This document shows positions 30,567 through 41,810 of a DNA stretch of 64,000 bases, piece after piece; within the stretch, counting starts at the first letter, position 1; the number at the start of each line of letters is the position of its first letter. The notes beneath the pieces are model-generated. The model was given only the letters and a program-made list of their open reading frames with translations, searched no databases and was not told where the DNA came from. The stretch covers positions 283 to 64,282 of the forward strand of contig DAOQMM010000007.1 of assembly GCA_035335645.1 (NCBI GenBank), given 5' to 3'. The position numbers and the translations under genes were made by a program. The stretch comes from Rhodocyclaceae bacterium (GTDB lineage: Bacteria > Pseudomonadota > Gammaproteobacteria > Burkholderiales > Rhodocyclaceae).

Positions 30567-32186
30567 ATGGACCTCAACGCCCACCTCTACGCCATCGGCC
30601 TGCCAGGGCCCCGCCAGGAAGGCTCCGCCGACGCCATGGGCTTCAAGGCCTGGAACCTGGCGCGGCTGGCCGCCATCGGCCTGCCCGTGCCGCCCGCCTT
30701 CGTCCTCGGCACGCCCCTGTGCGCCCGCCACCGGGCAGACCCTGCGGCCTTCCGGCCCCACCTGCGCACCCTCCTCGAAACCCAGATCGAGCGCCTGGAG
30801 GCTGTCTGCGGGCTGGAGTTCGGATCCGAGCGCAAACCCCTGCTGGTGTCCGTGCGCTCCGGCGCCGCCGTGTCCATGCCCGGCATGATGGACACGGTGC
30901 TCGACGTGGGCCTCACCGACGCCACCCTGCGCGGCCTCCTGCGCGTCACCGGCAACCCCCGCCTGGCCTGGGATTCGTACCGGCGCCTGATCCAGCAGTT
31001 CGCCGAGGTGGTGCACGGCGCCCCCGCCGAGCCCTTCCAGACCCTGCTGCACGATGCCATCGCCCAGGCCGGGGTGAGCCGCGCCCAGGATCTGGACTTC
31101 CGCGATCTGTCGCGCCTGTGCCGGCACTACCAGGACGCTTACGCGCAGACCGTCGGCCAACCCTTCCCGCAGGATCCGGCGCAGCAGCTCCTCGACGCCA
31201 CAGCGGCCGTGTTCGACTCGTGGATGAGCCCGCGCGCCGTGGCCTATCGCCGGCTGCAGGGCCTCGACGACGGCCTCGGCACCGCCATCACCGTCCAGCG
31301 CATGGTCTTCGGCAACGCAGGCGGCACCTCGGGCGCGGGCGTCGGCTTCACCCGCGACCCGGCCAGCGGCGAGAACCGCCTGTACCTGGACTTCCGCTTC
31401 AACGCCCAGGGCGAGGACGTGGTCTCCGGGCGCCACGCCGCCGCCGAGAACGGCCGCATGGCCCTCGTCCTGCCCTCCGTGCTCAGCCGCCTGCAGTCCG
31501 TTCGGGAAATCCTGGAGCGGGAGTTCGGCGACGTGCAGGAGTTTGAATTCACCGTGCAGGACGGCGTGCTCTACCTGCTCCAGACACGCGCCGCCAAGCG
31601 GACCGACTGGGCCGCCCTGCGCATCGCCGTGGACCAGGTCACCGCCGGCGCATGGTCGCCCGCCACCGCCCTGCGGCGCCTCGACGGCGTGGATCTGGCC
31701 GGCATCGTCCAGACCCGCATCGAGGCCGCGGGTACCGACCGGGAACTGGCGACCGGCACGCCCGCCAGCATCGGCGTGGCGAGCGGGGTCATCGCCCTCG
31801 ACGCGGCAGCAGCGGAACGCTTCGCCCAGACCGGGACCGAATGCATCCTGGTGCGCGACGAGACCCGCAGCGACGACCTCGCCGGCATCGCCGCCGCCCA
31901 GGGCGTGATCACGGCGAAGGGCAGCCGCACCGCCCACGCCGCGGTGGTCGCCCGTCAGCTCGGCAAGGCCTGCCTGGTGGGCTGCAATGGCCTGCGCGTG
32001 GACCTGGAGCGCCGCCGCGTGGTCTTCGGCACCCAGTCCCTGCACGAGGGCGAGCGCATCACCGTGGACTGCGGGAGCGGGCGCGTGCTGGCCGGTGCCG
32101 TGCGTGCCTTCGTCGAACGCCCGGACGTCTGGCTCGACCAGGTCGCCCGCTGGCGCGCCATCGCCGGCCCCGCCCTCGTGGGCTGA
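30567..32186 (+). CDS. Truncated pyruvate phosphate dikinase-like protein (ATP-grasp plus phospho-His swivel domains, no C-terminal PEP/pyruvate barrel)
   Basis: PLLVSVRSGAAVSMPGMMDTVL, QGEDVVSG, EFEFTV...LLQTR and GSRTAHAAVVARQLGK motifs; in-frame stop after about 539 aa. Confidence 0.9.
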   Translation: MDLNAHLYAIGLPGPRQEGSADAMGFKAWNLARLAAIGLPVPPAFVLGTPLCARHRADPAAFRPHLRTLLETQIERLEAVCGLEFGSERKPLLVSVRSGAAVSMPGMMDTVLDVGLTDATLRGLLRVTGNPRLAWDSYRRLIQQFAEVVHGAPAEPFQTLLHDAIAQAGVSRAQDLDFRDLSRLCRHYQDAYAQTVGQPFPQDPAQQLLDATAAVFDSWMSPRAVAYRRLQGLDDGLGTAITVQRMVFGNAGGTSGAGVGFTRDPASGENRLYLDFRFNAQGEDVVSGRHAAAENGRMALVLPSVLSRLQSVREILEREFGDVQEFEFTVQDGVLYLLQTRAAKRTDWAALRIAVDQVTAGAWSPATALRRLDGVDLAGIVQTRIEAAGTDRELATGTPASIGVASGVIALDAAAAERFAQTGTECILVRDETRSDDLAGIAAAQGVITAKGSRTAHAAVVARQLGKACLVGCNGLRVDLERRRVVFGTQSLHEGERITVDCGSGRVLAGAVRAFVERPDVWLDQVARWRAIAGPALVG

Positions 32187-32282
32187 AGGCCCGGGTCCAC
32201 GATCGGCGGTGCCGATGCGCCGGGGCGAGCCAGGCTGGCGGCCGCCGTCCCTCGAACAGCCGGCCACGCCAGCGGGTCCGCC

Positions 32283-34781
32283 TCAGCTGATCGTCACCGC
32301 CGCGCTGCCTGCATTCACCGTCGCGGTCACCGTCCGGGCAATCACCGTGCTCGACGGCGCGGCCGTGCCCACCAGCCGGTTCACCTGCTTGAAGACACAG
32401 CTCAGGCGACCCGGCGTCACCGTGACCACGGCATAGCCCTGGGCGTCGGTCGCCGCCCACTTGATCCACGGGTTGGCGCAGATGCCCGCCAGTTGCTGGG
32501 CCAGCCCCAGCAGGTCGGTGTTGAAGCTGCTGTCCGCCTTGAGCGCGGTGAGGACCGCGGTCGTGGTGGCGTCCAGGGACGCTTCCGGCACACCCTTGGC
32601 GGCCAGGGCGCCGCGCAGGGGCACACGGGCCTGTTCGGCCAGTTCGTCCAGCGTCGGCACGTGACCGGCCATGGTGAAGTCAAATACGTTGAAGCGCAGG
32701 CTCACGGTGCCGACGCCGCTCACCGGAATGCTCAGGGGATAGTAGATCAGGGTGGCCAGATCCGCATTCACGGCGCCGACGGAATCGGCGTAGAAGGTGA
32801 ACAGGGAGTCGGAGCTGATCCCGGCGGTCACCAGATCGACCATCACTGGCGTGCCACCGCTGGCGTCGAAGTCGTCGTACACCACGCCGGCGTCGAAACA
32901 ATGCAGGTCGCCGGTGAGCGCCACCACATTCTGGATTCCGTTGCCCTTGAGATGGGCCATCAGCGCCTTGCGCTCCGCGTTGTAGCCGTCCCACTGATCG
33001 CAGTCGAACAGGAAGCGGGTGAAGAAGCCCTGCAGTGCGGCAGCCTTGCCGGAACTCTGCACGAAGCTCGATGCGACGCCCTTGGCCTGGACGTCCGGCT
33101 TGATGTAGCCGAAGGCGATGGTGCGGGCGGCGGCGGCGACTTGCGCGCTGGTGCCGTTGGCCGCAGCCGCGGCAGTGAAGGCGGCCACCGCGATGGCCGC
33201 CTGGTGAGCGGTGAGGCCGGCCCCCGTCGCTGCGGTGCCAGGATTGCCCGCCGTCGCCGCTGCGGTGGCGATGGCCAGCGCTGCGGCGGCCGCCGTCGCC
33301 TGGCTTGCCCCTGCAGTCATCGCCGCCACCAGCGCGCCGGCCACGGCCGCGTTGCCGCCCACCGCCGGCAGCGCACCCTGGATGGAATTCGCCAGCGTAC
33401 TCACCGCCTGCAGGGCAAACAGGGTGGCGATGGCATTGGTGCCGTCCAGTTGCATGCGCAGCAGGGACACCTCATTGCACCACAGCTTCCAGGTGGCGGG
33501 CGAGGCGGTCATGGTGGACTTCCACCAGTCCCGCTGGGTCTTGCCCAGGATGGAAACCGGCGCCAGCGGGTCGGCCGAACCGGCGGCCGCCATCTTGGCT
33601 GCCTCGAAGCTGTCGCGGGTGCTCTGGGGCACTACGTAGCGGGAGCCGATGGAGCCCAGCGCGGCGCCGGTGGCGGGGTTGGGCGTGGCCTCCGGCACCA
33701 CGTGGTCGGCACGGTACAGGCGCTCGTCGGTCACCACCAGATGGGCCAGCGTACCCCACTGGAGGTCGCGATACAGGCGGATCGTATCGAAGCTGAGCGT
33801 GCTCTCGTCCAAGCGCACGTCAGCCGGCATGAACTCGAACCAGGCCCGGTTGGCGCTGCGCCGGCGGGCGGTCTGATGGGGGTTGTCGCCGCTCAGGGTG
33901 GCGCTGTTGAAGCTGCCGTTGTCGTAGGTCTCGGCGTCGCCCCAGCAATCATCGGAGAACTCGTGGTCGTCCCAGGTGGCGACGAAGGCAAAGCGCTCAT
34001 GCACGGCCTGCAGGCGCGGATCGGTGCGGTACTTCTTGTACAGATAGCGGTAATCGGCCAGGGTCAGGGCGTAGCGCGGGCCGCTGGTGCCCGATTCGTA
34101 AGCGCCGTCGGGCAGCACCAGGAGGTCGTGGCGGGATTCCACCGCGCCGCTCTGGAAGCTCGCACCCACCGTCTCGTAGATGTAGTCGCCCAGATGGACG
34201 ATCAGGTCCACGTCCTCATTCCTGACGATGTAGTCGAACGCCCCCCAGTGATTGACGCTCCAGTCCTGGCAGGTCATGAAGGCCAGGCGCAGCTGATCGA
34301 CGCTGGCGCCCTTGGCCGGCGCGGTGCGGAAGCGGCCGACCCGGGACAGCACCATGCCGGCCTCGAACTGGTAGTAGTAGGTGGTGGCGGGCTTGAGGCC
34401 GGTGAGCTTGTTGCGCACGGTACCGTCGTAGGCCGCATAGACCGGGATCCAGTTGTCCACCGCGAGGGCGCCGGCCAGCACCGTGGTGGTGCCGAGGCGT
34501 GCCGAATTGTCGGCTTCGGTCACCTTCACGCGGATCGAAAAATCGCCCGTATCGGACGCCGTGGTCACGTCATCGGCCGAGGACGCCACCACGCGGGTCC
34601 ACAGCACCGCGCCCTCGGGCGACGGATCGCCGGAGGCCACGCTCTGGGGGAATTTCCAGCCGCTGCCCAGGGCTGCCGGCACGGCCAGGCCGCCGGAGTC
34701 GCCACCGCAGCCTGCCAGGCCGCCCAGGGCGACGGAGACCGTCAGAAATCCGCTGTTGCGAAGGAAGTTGCGTCGATCCAT
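32283..34781 (-). CDS. phoD: Alkaline phosphatase D family (PhoD), Tat-exported lipoprotein
   Basis: RRNFL Tat motif plus LAGC; FPQSVASGDP, HLGDYIYE, WDDHE, DQWDGY and TGDLH motifs. Confidence 0.92.
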   Translation of the reverse strand: MDRRNFLRNSGFLTVSVALGGLAGCGGDSGGLAVPAALGSGWKFPQSVASGDPSPEGAVLWTRVVASSADDVTTASDTGDFSIRVKVTEADNSARLGTTTVLAGALAVDNWIPVYAAYDGTVRNKLTGLKPATTYYYQFEAGMVLSRVGRFRTAPAKGASVDQLRLAFMTCQDWSVNHWGAFDYIVRNEDVDLIVHLGDYIYETVGASFQSGAVESRHDLLVLPDGAYESGTSGPRYALTLADYRYLYKKYRTDPRLQAVHERFAFVATWDDHEFSDDCWGDAETYDNGSFNSATLSGDNPHQTARRRSANRAWFEFMPADVRLDESTLSFDTIRLYRDLQWGTLAHLVVTDERLYRADHVVPEATPNPATGAALGSIGSRYVVPQSTRDSFEAAKMAAAGSADPLAPVSILGKTQRDWWKSTMTASPATWKLWCNEVSLLRMQLDGTNAIATLFALQAVSTLANSIQGALPAVGGNAAVAGALVAAMTAGASQATAAAAALAIATAAATAGNPGTAATGAGLTAHQAAIAVAAFTAAAAANGTSAQVAAAARTIAFGYIKPDVQAKGVASSFVQSSGKAAALQGFFTRFLFDCDQWDGYNAERKALMAHLKGNGIQNVVALTGDLHCFDAGVVYDDFDASGGTPVMVDLVTAGISSDSLFTFYADSVGAVNADLATLIYYPLSIPVSGVGTVSLRFNVFDFTMAGHVPTLDELAEQARVPLRGALAAKGVPEASLDATTTAVLTALKADSSFNTDLLGLAQQLAGICANPWIKWAATDAQGYAVVTVTPGRLSCVFKQVNRLVGTAAPSSTVIARTVTATVNAGSAAVTIS

Positions 34782-34865
34782 GGCCTGGGGCTCCTGTCAG
34801 AAAGTTCAGCCCGACAGCCTAAGCCCCGAGAATTTCAGGCGTGTTGCCCCCTCCATGAAGGGAAA

Positions 34866-34892
34866 TTCATGCGCCCATCACGCGCTGTTCAC
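34866..34892 (+). promoter_or_regulatory. Pho-box-like direct repeats upstream of glpQ
   Basis: TTCAT/ATCAC/TTCAC at 34866, 34877, 34888 (11-bp period). Confidence 0.5.
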
Positions 34893-34935
34893 GAAGAGTC
34901 GCCAGCCTCGGAGCTTTTCCTGACCGGAGACTTTC

Positions 34936-36162
34936 ATGCGCGCCCCCTCCCCTGCATCCGCTGCCCTCGCGACCTTCCGCCGCCACCCCCTGCACTTCGC
35001 CTGCCTCGCCACCCTGGGCCTGTCTGCCTGTGGCGGCAGCGATTCCCTCACGCCCCTGCCCACCCTGGACGGCAACGCGCCGCTGGTGGTCGCCCACCGG
35101 GGCGCCTCCGGCTACCTGCCCGAGGAGACCCTGGAGGCCTACACCAAGGCCATCGACCTGGGCGCCGACGTGATCGAGCCGGACCTGATTTCCACCAAGG
35201 ACGGCGTCCTCATCGCCCGCCACGATCCCAACCTGGCCTACAGCACCGACGTGGCCAGCCACCCGGAATTCGCCGACCGCAAGAAGACCACCCAGGTGGA
35301 CGGCGAGACCCAGACCGGCTGGTTCGCCAGTGACTTCACCCTGGCCGAGATCAAGACCCTGGGCGGCATCTCCACCGATGCCGAACGCCCGCAGCAGTAC
35401 AACGGCCTGTACAAGATCGTCACCTTCCAGGAGATCATTGATCTGGCCAAGGCCAAGGCCAAGGAAACCGGCCGCAGCATCGCCGTCTACCCCGAGACCA
35501 AGAACCCCACCTACCACCGCGACCTGGGCCTGCCCCTCGAAGACACCCTCATCGGCCTGATCAACCTGGCCGGCTGGAACAGCAAGGACGCGCCGATCTA
35601 CGTGCAGTCCTTCGAGCCCTCCAGCCTCAAGTACCTGCGCGCCAAGGGCCTGAAGACCAAACTGATCCAGCTCATCGACGCCGACGACGTGGACTTCAAG
35701 ACCGGCGCCCTCACCTACGCCGCCCCCTACGACAAGCCCTACGACTGGTTCAAGGCCGGCGACACCCGCCTGTTCAGCGCCATGGTCACGCCGGCGGGCC
35801 TCGCCGAGATCAAGACCTACGCCGACGGGATTGGCCCGTGGAAGCGTTACATCGTCACCGTCAAGGGCACGCTCGACGCCAGCGGCAACGTGAAGGACAT
35901 CAACGGCGACGGCAAGATCAACGACGCCGACACCACCAGCCAGCCCGCCACCACGCTGATTGCCGACGCCCACAAGGCCGGCCTGTTCGTGCACCCCTAC
36001 ACCTTCCGCAACGAGCAGCGCCGCCTCGCCTCCGACTACAAGGGCGACCCGAAGAACGAGTACCTGGCCTTCTACCGCCTCGGCGTGGATGGCCTGTTCT
36101 CGGATTTCACCGACACAGCCATCGCCGCCCGCACGGCCTACCTGAAGGAGATGGGCCGCTGA
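34936..36162 (+). CDS. glpQ: Glycerophosphodiester phosphodiesterase (GlpQ-like lipoprotein)
   Basis: VAHRGASGYLPEETL, IEPDLISTKDG, RHD, YPETKNP and VHPYTFRNE motifs; LSAC lipobox. Confidence 0.92.
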   Translation: MRAPSPASAALATFRRHPLHFACLATLGLSACGGSDSLTPLPTLDGNAPLVVAHRGASGYLPEETLEAYTKAIDLGADVIEPDLISTKDGVLIARHDPNLAYSTDVASHPEFADRKKTTQVDGETQTGWFASDFTLAEIKTLGGISTDAERPQQYNGLYKIVTFQEIIDLAKAKAKETGRSIAVYPETKNPTYHRDLGLPLEDTLIGLINLAGWNSKDAPIYVQSFEPSSLKYLRAKGLKTKLIQLIDADDVDFKTGALTYAAPYDKPYDWFKAGDTRLFSAMVTPAGLAEIKTYADGIGPWKRYIVTVKGTLDASGNVKDINGDGKINDADTTSQPATTLIADAHKAGLFVHPYTFRNEQRRLASDYKGDPKNEYLAFYRLGVDGLFSDFTDTAIAARTAYLKEMGR

Positions 36163-36211
36163 GGCAGCGCGACCGAGCCGCCGCGGCCCCGCGGGGCGGC
36201 GGCGGTGAACG

Positions 36212-36243
36212 CACAAACGCCCGGACACGTCCGGGCGTTTGTG
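36212..36243. terminator. Bidirectional terminator hairpin between convergent glpQ and pstB
   Basis: CACAAACGCCCGGAC-AC-GTCCGGGCGTTTGTG perfect 15-bp inverted repeat. Confidence 0.75.
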
Positions 36244-36264
36244 TTCGACGGAGGGCGCCGACGA

Positions 36265-37062
<798 letters not shown>

Positions 37063-37075
37063 GGCAGAGGCTCGC

Positions 37076-37918
37076 TTAGTGGAGTTTTTCGGCGCGGAAC
37101 ATCACGCGGGCAATAATGTTGAGGCCCAGGACCCCGAGGGTGATCAGCAGCACGCCGGCCCAGGCCAGACGTTGCCAGTCCTCGAAGGGGCTCATGGCGA
37201 ACTTGAAGATCGTCACCGGCAGGTTGGCGATCGGCTCGTTCAGATCCACGCTCCAGAACTGGTTGGACAGGGCGGTGAAGAGCAGCGGCGCGGTCTCGCC
37301 GGCGATGCGCGCAATGGCCAGCAGCACGCCGGTTACCACGCCGCTGCGGGCGGCGCGCAGGGTCACGCGGGAGATCACGATGTGCTTGGGCGCGCCCAGG
37401 GCGAAGGCCGCTTCCCGCAGGGAACCGGGCACCAGCATCAGCATGTTCTCGGTGGTGCGGATCACGATGGGCAGCACCAGCAGGGCCAGGGCGACGGCGC
37501 CGGACCAGGCCGAGAACTTGCCGGTGGTGGCGACGATCACCGCATACACGAAGAGACCGATGACGATGGACGGCGCCGACAGGAGCAGGTCGTTCACGAA
37601 GCGGGTGACGCGGCCCAGCCAGGTGTAGCGGCCGTATTCCGCCAGGTAGATGCCGGCCATGATGCCGATCGGGGCGCCGACGGCGGTCCCCAGGGCCACC
37701 AGGATCAGGCTGCCGACAATGGCGTTGAGCAGACCGCCGGTCTCGGCGCCGGGCGGCGGCGTCATCTCGGTGAACAGGGACAGGGACAGGCCACCGAGGC
37801 CCAGCTGGAGCACGGTGACGAGGATCCAGGCGAGCCAGAACAGGCCGAAGACCATGGCCCCCATGGAGAGGCCGAGGGCGATCTGGTTGGTGAGTTTGCG
37901 ACGGGCGAGCAGGTCCAT
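37076..37918 (-). CDS. pstA: Phosphate ABC transporter permease
   Basis: [28 protein letters not shown] and GETAPLLFT motifs. Confidence 0.96.
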   Translation of the reverse strand: MDLLARRKLTNQIALGLSMGAMVFGLFWLAWILVTVLQLGLGGLSLSLFTEMTPPPGAETGGLLNAIVGSLILVALGTAVGAPIGIMAGIYLAEYGRYTWLGRVTRFVNDLLLSAPSIVIGLFVYAVIVATTGKFSAWSGAVALALLVLPIVIRTTENMLMLVPGSLREAAFALGAPKHIVISRVTLRAARSGVVTGVLLAIARIAGETAPLLFTALSNQFWSVDLNEPIANLPVTIFKFAMSPFEDWQRLAWAGVLLITLGVLGLNIIARVMFRAEKLH

Positions 37919-37921
37919 GGA

Positions 37922-38914
37922 TCAGCGTCCTTCGTTGGCGGACAGGCGGAGCAGCAGGAGCTTGGACAGCACCAGCACGATCAGGGTGATGACGAACAGG
38001 ATCAGGCCCAGCTCCATCAGCGCCGAGGTATGCAGGCCCCGCTCCGCTTCCGCGAATTCATTGGCCAGCGCCGAGGTGATGCTGTTGCCCGGCGCGAACA
38101 GCGAGGCGGTCGACAGGAAGTTGGTGTTGCCGATCACGAAGGTCACCGCCATGGTTTCCCCGAGGGCACGGCCGAGGCCCAGCATCACGCCGCCCACCAC
38201 ACCGTTCTTGGTGTAGGGCAGGACCACGCGGAACATCACCTCCCAGGTGGTACAGCCGAGACCGTAGGCGGACTCCTTGAGCATCGCCGGCGTCACCTCG
38301 AACACGTCGCGCATCACCGATGCGATGTAGGGAATGATCATGATCGCCAGGATGATGCCCGCACACAGCAGGCCGATGCCCAGCGACGGACCGGAGAACA
38401 GCGCGCCGAGCAGCGGAATCTTGCCCAGGGTGGCGCCCAGGGCGGGCTCGATGTATTCGCCGAAGATGGGCGCGAAGACCAGCAGGCCCCACATGCCGAA
38501 GACGATGGACGGCACGGCGGCGAGCAGCTCGATGGCGGTGCCCAGCGGGCGGCGCAGCCACAGGGGCGACAGTTCGGTGAGGAACAGGGCGATGCCGAAG
38601 CTCACCGGCACGGCCACCACCAGGGCGATGATCGACGACACAAGGGTGCCGTAGATGGGAATCAGGGCGCCGAACTGCTCGGCGGGCGGGTTCCATTCCG
38701 CGGTCACCAGGAAGGCCGGGCCGAAAGCGACGATGCTCGGCCACGACGCAACGGTCAGGGCCACAATGATGCCGGCCAGCAGGGCCAGGGCCAGCACCGC
38801 GAAGGTGGTCGAGATGCCGCCGAAGACCTTCGCGCCCACCTGGCTGACCGGCCGTCGCGCAGGCTGGGCGACGTCCGTCTGCGACACTTTCATGTCAATG
38901 GCCTCAGTATTCAT
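37922..38914 (-). CDS. pstC: Phosphate ABC transporter permease
   Basis: WNPP...[25 protein letters not shown] and RALGETMAV motifs; start approximate. Confidence 0.95.
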   Translation of the reverse strand: MNTEAIDMKVSQTDVAQPARRPVSQVGAKVFGGISTTFAVLALALLAGIIVALTVASWPSIVAFGPAFLVTAEWNPPAEQFGALIPIYGTLVSSIIALVVAVPVSFGIALFLTELSPLWLRRPLGTAIELLAAVPSIVFGMWGLLVFAPIFGEYIEPALGATLGKIPLLGALFSGPSLGIGLLCAGIILAIMIIPYIASVMRDVFEVTPAMLKESAYGLGCTTWEVMFRVVLPYTKNGVVGGVMLGLGRALGETMAVTFVIGNTNFLSTASLFAPGNSITSALANEFAEAERGLHTSALMELGLILFVITLIVLVLSKLLLLRLSANEGR

Positions 38915-38940
38915 GAACGTGATCCCAAGGATAAGCGAAT

Positions 38941-38969
38941 GGGGCCGGAGAGTCGCCTCGTCCGGCCCC
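38941..38969. repeat. Intercistronic stem-loop between pstS and pstC
   Basis: GGGGCCGGA...TCCGGCCCC inverted repeat; may stabilise upstream pstS mRNA (inference). Confidence 0.55.
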
Positions 38970-39000
38970 CTGACTGGCTGTGCGAACCTTCCGGTCCGTC

Positions 39001-40041
39001 TTACTTGCCGGAGAAGACCGCCTTGCCGGAGGCATCCTTGATGCCGGCCCAGGAGGCACGGATCAGCTTGACGGTGGATTCGGGCAGGGGCACGTAGTCC
39101 AGATCGGTGGCCAGCTTGGCACCGTTGTGGTAGGCCCACTCGAAGAACTTGAGCGCTTCACCGCCCTGAACCGGCTTGTCCTGGACCTTGTGCATCAGGA
39201 TGAAGGTGGCGCCGGTGATGGGCCAGCTGTCCTTGCCCGGCTTGTCGGTCAGGATCTCGTAGAAGGCGTTCTTGCTCCAGTCGGCGCCGGCGGCGGCGGC
39301 CTTGAAGTTCTCGTCGTCCGGCAGCACGAAGGCGCCGTCCTTGTTCTTCAGGGACGCAAAGGTCAGCTTGTTCTGCTTGGCGTAGGCGTACTCCACGTAG
39401 CCGATGGCGCCCGGCAGACGCTGCACGAAGGCGGACACGCCTTCATTGCCCTTGCCGCCCAGGCCCAGCGGCCACTGCACGGTGGCGCCTTCCTTGACCT
39501 GGTTCTTCCAGTCGGCGCTGACCTTGGACAGGTAGTTGGTGAAGATGAAGGTGGTGCCAGAGCCGTCGGCGCGACGCACCACGCCGATGTCGCTGGCGGG
39601 CAGGTTCAGGTTGGTGTTGAGGGCGACGATGGCCGGGTCGTTCCACTTGGTGATCTTGCCCAGGTAGATGTTGGCCAGGATCTCGCCGGTCAGCTTGAGC
39701 TGGCCGGGCTGCACGCCCGGAATGTTCACCACGGGCACCACGCCACCGATCACGGTGGGAAACTGCTGCATGCCGTCCTTCTCGAGCTGCTCGGGGGACA
39801 GGGGCATGTCGGAGGCGCCGAAATCGACGGTCTTGGCGGTGATCTGCTTGATGCCGCCGGAAGAGCCGATGGACTGGTAGTTCACCTTGTTGCCGGTTGC
39901 CTTCTGGTAGGCGTCCGCCCACTTGGCGTAGACCGGGGCGGGGAAGGAAGCACCCGCGCCGGTGATGTCGGCCGCGAAGGCGGTCGAGGCGAGGACGGCA
40001 CCCGCGGAAGCGAGCAGGGAACGGGTCACGGCGTTCAGCAT
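39001..40041 (-). CDS. pstS: Phosphate ABC transporter substrate-binding protein
   Basis: [31 protein letters not shown] and [10 protein letters not shown] motifs; AGGAG RBS. Confidence 0.97.
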   Translation of the reverse strand: MLNAVTRSLLASAGAVLASTAFAADITGAGASFPAPVYAKWADAYQKATGNKVNYQSIGSSGGIKQITAKTVDFGASDMPLSPEQLEKDGMQQFPTVIGGVVPVVNIPGVQPGQLKLTGEILANIYLGKITKWNDPAIVALNTNLNLPASDIGVVRRADGSGTTFIFTNYLSKVSADWKNQVKEGATVQWPLGLGGKGNEGVSAFVQRLPGAIGYVEYAYAKQNKLTFASLKNKDGAFVLPDDENFKAAAAGADWSKNAFYEILTDKPGKDSWPITGATFILMHKVQDKPVQGGEALKFFEWAYHNGAKLATDLDYVPLPESTVKLIRASWAGIKDASGKAVFSGK

Positions 40042-40154
40042 GAAGAATCTCCTGAGTCTGGGGGGTGGGATCCGGGGCAGCGGGGCGGGACGTTCTCTGT
40101 GGCACCGCACAAAACACTTGCCCTGATCTCGCGACCGAAGCTTAGATTTTGAAT

Positions 40155-40170
40155 GTGACGGGATTGTGAC
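40155..40170 (-). promoter_or_regulatory. Pho box upstream of pstS
   Basis: Minus strand TTGTCACAATC-CCGTCACATTC: GTCAC repeats with 11-bp period. Confidence 0.8.
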
Positions 40171-40371
40171 AATTCACAATCCGGCAACGGCGTGACCGGA
40201 ACACGTCCCTCGATCCCGCCCGATCGGTTGCGGCGGCGCAACACCCTATCACTTTCTGCATAGCTTCCTGCCAGAGAATTCAACGCCCCCTCCGTCACAG
40301 CGGCGCAACAGAGCGATGGGATTATTTACATCCGGTTCCATATTTCACCCCCCGCTTTCCGGAGACTCTTC

Positions 40372-41790
40372 ATGCGACACATCAGCCTTCTGGCCGCGGC
40401 CGTTTCTGCGGCCCTACTGGCCGGCTGCGGCGGCAACAGCAGCACCCAGGAGACGCCCGCCACCAACGTCATCTTCTTCCTCGGTGACGGCATGGGCATC
40501 AACACGCTCACCGCGGCGCGCATCTACAAGGTGGGTGAAGACGGCGACCTGACCATCGACACCCTGCCCGAGACGGCCTTCGTCCGCACCTACTCCAACA
40601 ACGCCCAGGTCACCGACTCGGCCCCCTCCATGGCCGCCTACATGACCGGCGTGAAGATGAACAATGAAGTCATCTCCATGTCCGCCGACACCATGGCTTT
40701 TGACGCCAGCGGCAACAACTACCTGAGCGGCACCGACAGCACCTGTCCGGCCAGCGGCAACGGCAGCGCCGTCACCACCCTGCTGGAACTGGCCAAGAAG
40801 GCCGGCTGGAGCACCGGCGCGGTGACCACCACCCGCGTCACCCACGCCACCCCCGCGGTCACCTACTCCCACATCTGCCACCGCGACGCCGAGAACACCA
40901 TCGCCGCCCAGATGGTTCCGGGCGGCAGCGGTTACAACAGCGCCCTGGGCGACGGCCTCAACGTCCTGATGGGCGGCGGCCGCCAGTTCTACCTGCCCAC
41001 CGCCTCTGGCGGCAAGCGTACCGACGGCCGTGACCTGACCGCCGAGCTGGTCAAGCAGGGTTACACCTACGTCAAGAACAAGACCGAATTCGATGCCGCC
41101 GCCGCGGCCTCCACCGACAAGCTGGTGGGCCTGTTCACCTCCAGCCACATGAGCTACGACATCGACCGCGACCCCACCGTCGAGCCCAGCCTGGCCGAGA
41201 TGACCACCAAGGCCATCGACATCCTGTCCAAGAACAAGAAGGGCTTCTTCCTGATGGTGGAAGGCGGCCGCATCGACCACGCCCTGCACGAGACCACCGC
41301 CGCCAAGGCCCTGCAGGACACCGTGGCCTTTGACGACGCCATCCAGACCGCCCTCACCAAGATGAAGGCCGTCGATCCCACCCTGGCCAACACCCTGATC
41401 GTCGTCACCGCCGACCACGACCACACCCTGGTGCTCAACGGCTACGCCAAGCGCACCGGCGCCACCACCGCCAGCAACCCCGGCATCCTCGGTCTGCTGA
41501 AGAACTTCGTCAGCGGCGCCAACGCCACCGACAGCGGCGGCCTGCCCTTCACCATCCTGGGCTTCGGCAACGGCGAAAACCGCCCGGCCACCCGCAGCGC
41601 CCTCACCGACGCCCAGGTCTCCGTCAAGACCTACCACCAGGAAGCCGCCGTCCCCATGGCCGCCGGCAGCGAAACCCACGGCGGCACCGACGTCTTCCTC
41701 GGCGCCATCGGCCGCGGCGCCGACAAGTTCACCGGCGTCATCACCAACACCGAAGTCTTCGGCCTGATCCGCAGCGCGGTCGGTCTGTGA
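40372..41790 (+). CDS. phoA: Alkaline phosphatase PhoA family, lipoprotein copy
   Basis: LAGC lipobox; GDGMG, TDSA (catalytic Ser), THATP, EGGRIDHALH, TADH and ETHGG motifs. Confidence 0.95.
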   Translation: MRHISLLAAAVSAALLAGCGGNSSTQETPATNVIFFLGDGMGINTLTAARIYKVGEDGDLTIDTLPETAFVRTYSNNAQVTDSAPSMAAYMTGVKMNNEVISMSADTMAFDASGNNYLSGTDSTCPASGNGSAVTTLLELAKKAGWSTGAVTTTRVTHATPAVTYSHICHRDAENTIAAQMVPGGSGYNSALGDGLNVLMGGGRQFYLPTASGGKRTDGRDLTAELVKQGYTYVKNKTEFDAAAAASTDKLVGLFTSSHMSYDIDRDPTVEPSLAEMTTKAIDILSKNKKGFFLMVEGGRIDHALHETTAAKALQDTVAFDDAIQTALTKMKAVDPTLANTLIVVTADHDHTLVLNGYAKRTGATTASNPGILGLLKNFVSGANATDSGGLPFTILGFGNGENRPATRSALTDAQVSVKTYHQEAAVPMAAGSETHGGTDVFLGAIGRGADKFTGVITNTEVFGLIRSAVGL

Positions 41791-41810
41791 GCCGCGACAG
41801 GAGCCCTTCC

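Noticed and set aside
30567-32186. Frameshifted PPDK pseudogene
   Set aside because: The ORF ends at a domain boundary and no PEP-utiliser C-terminal coding sequence follows in any frame before phoD
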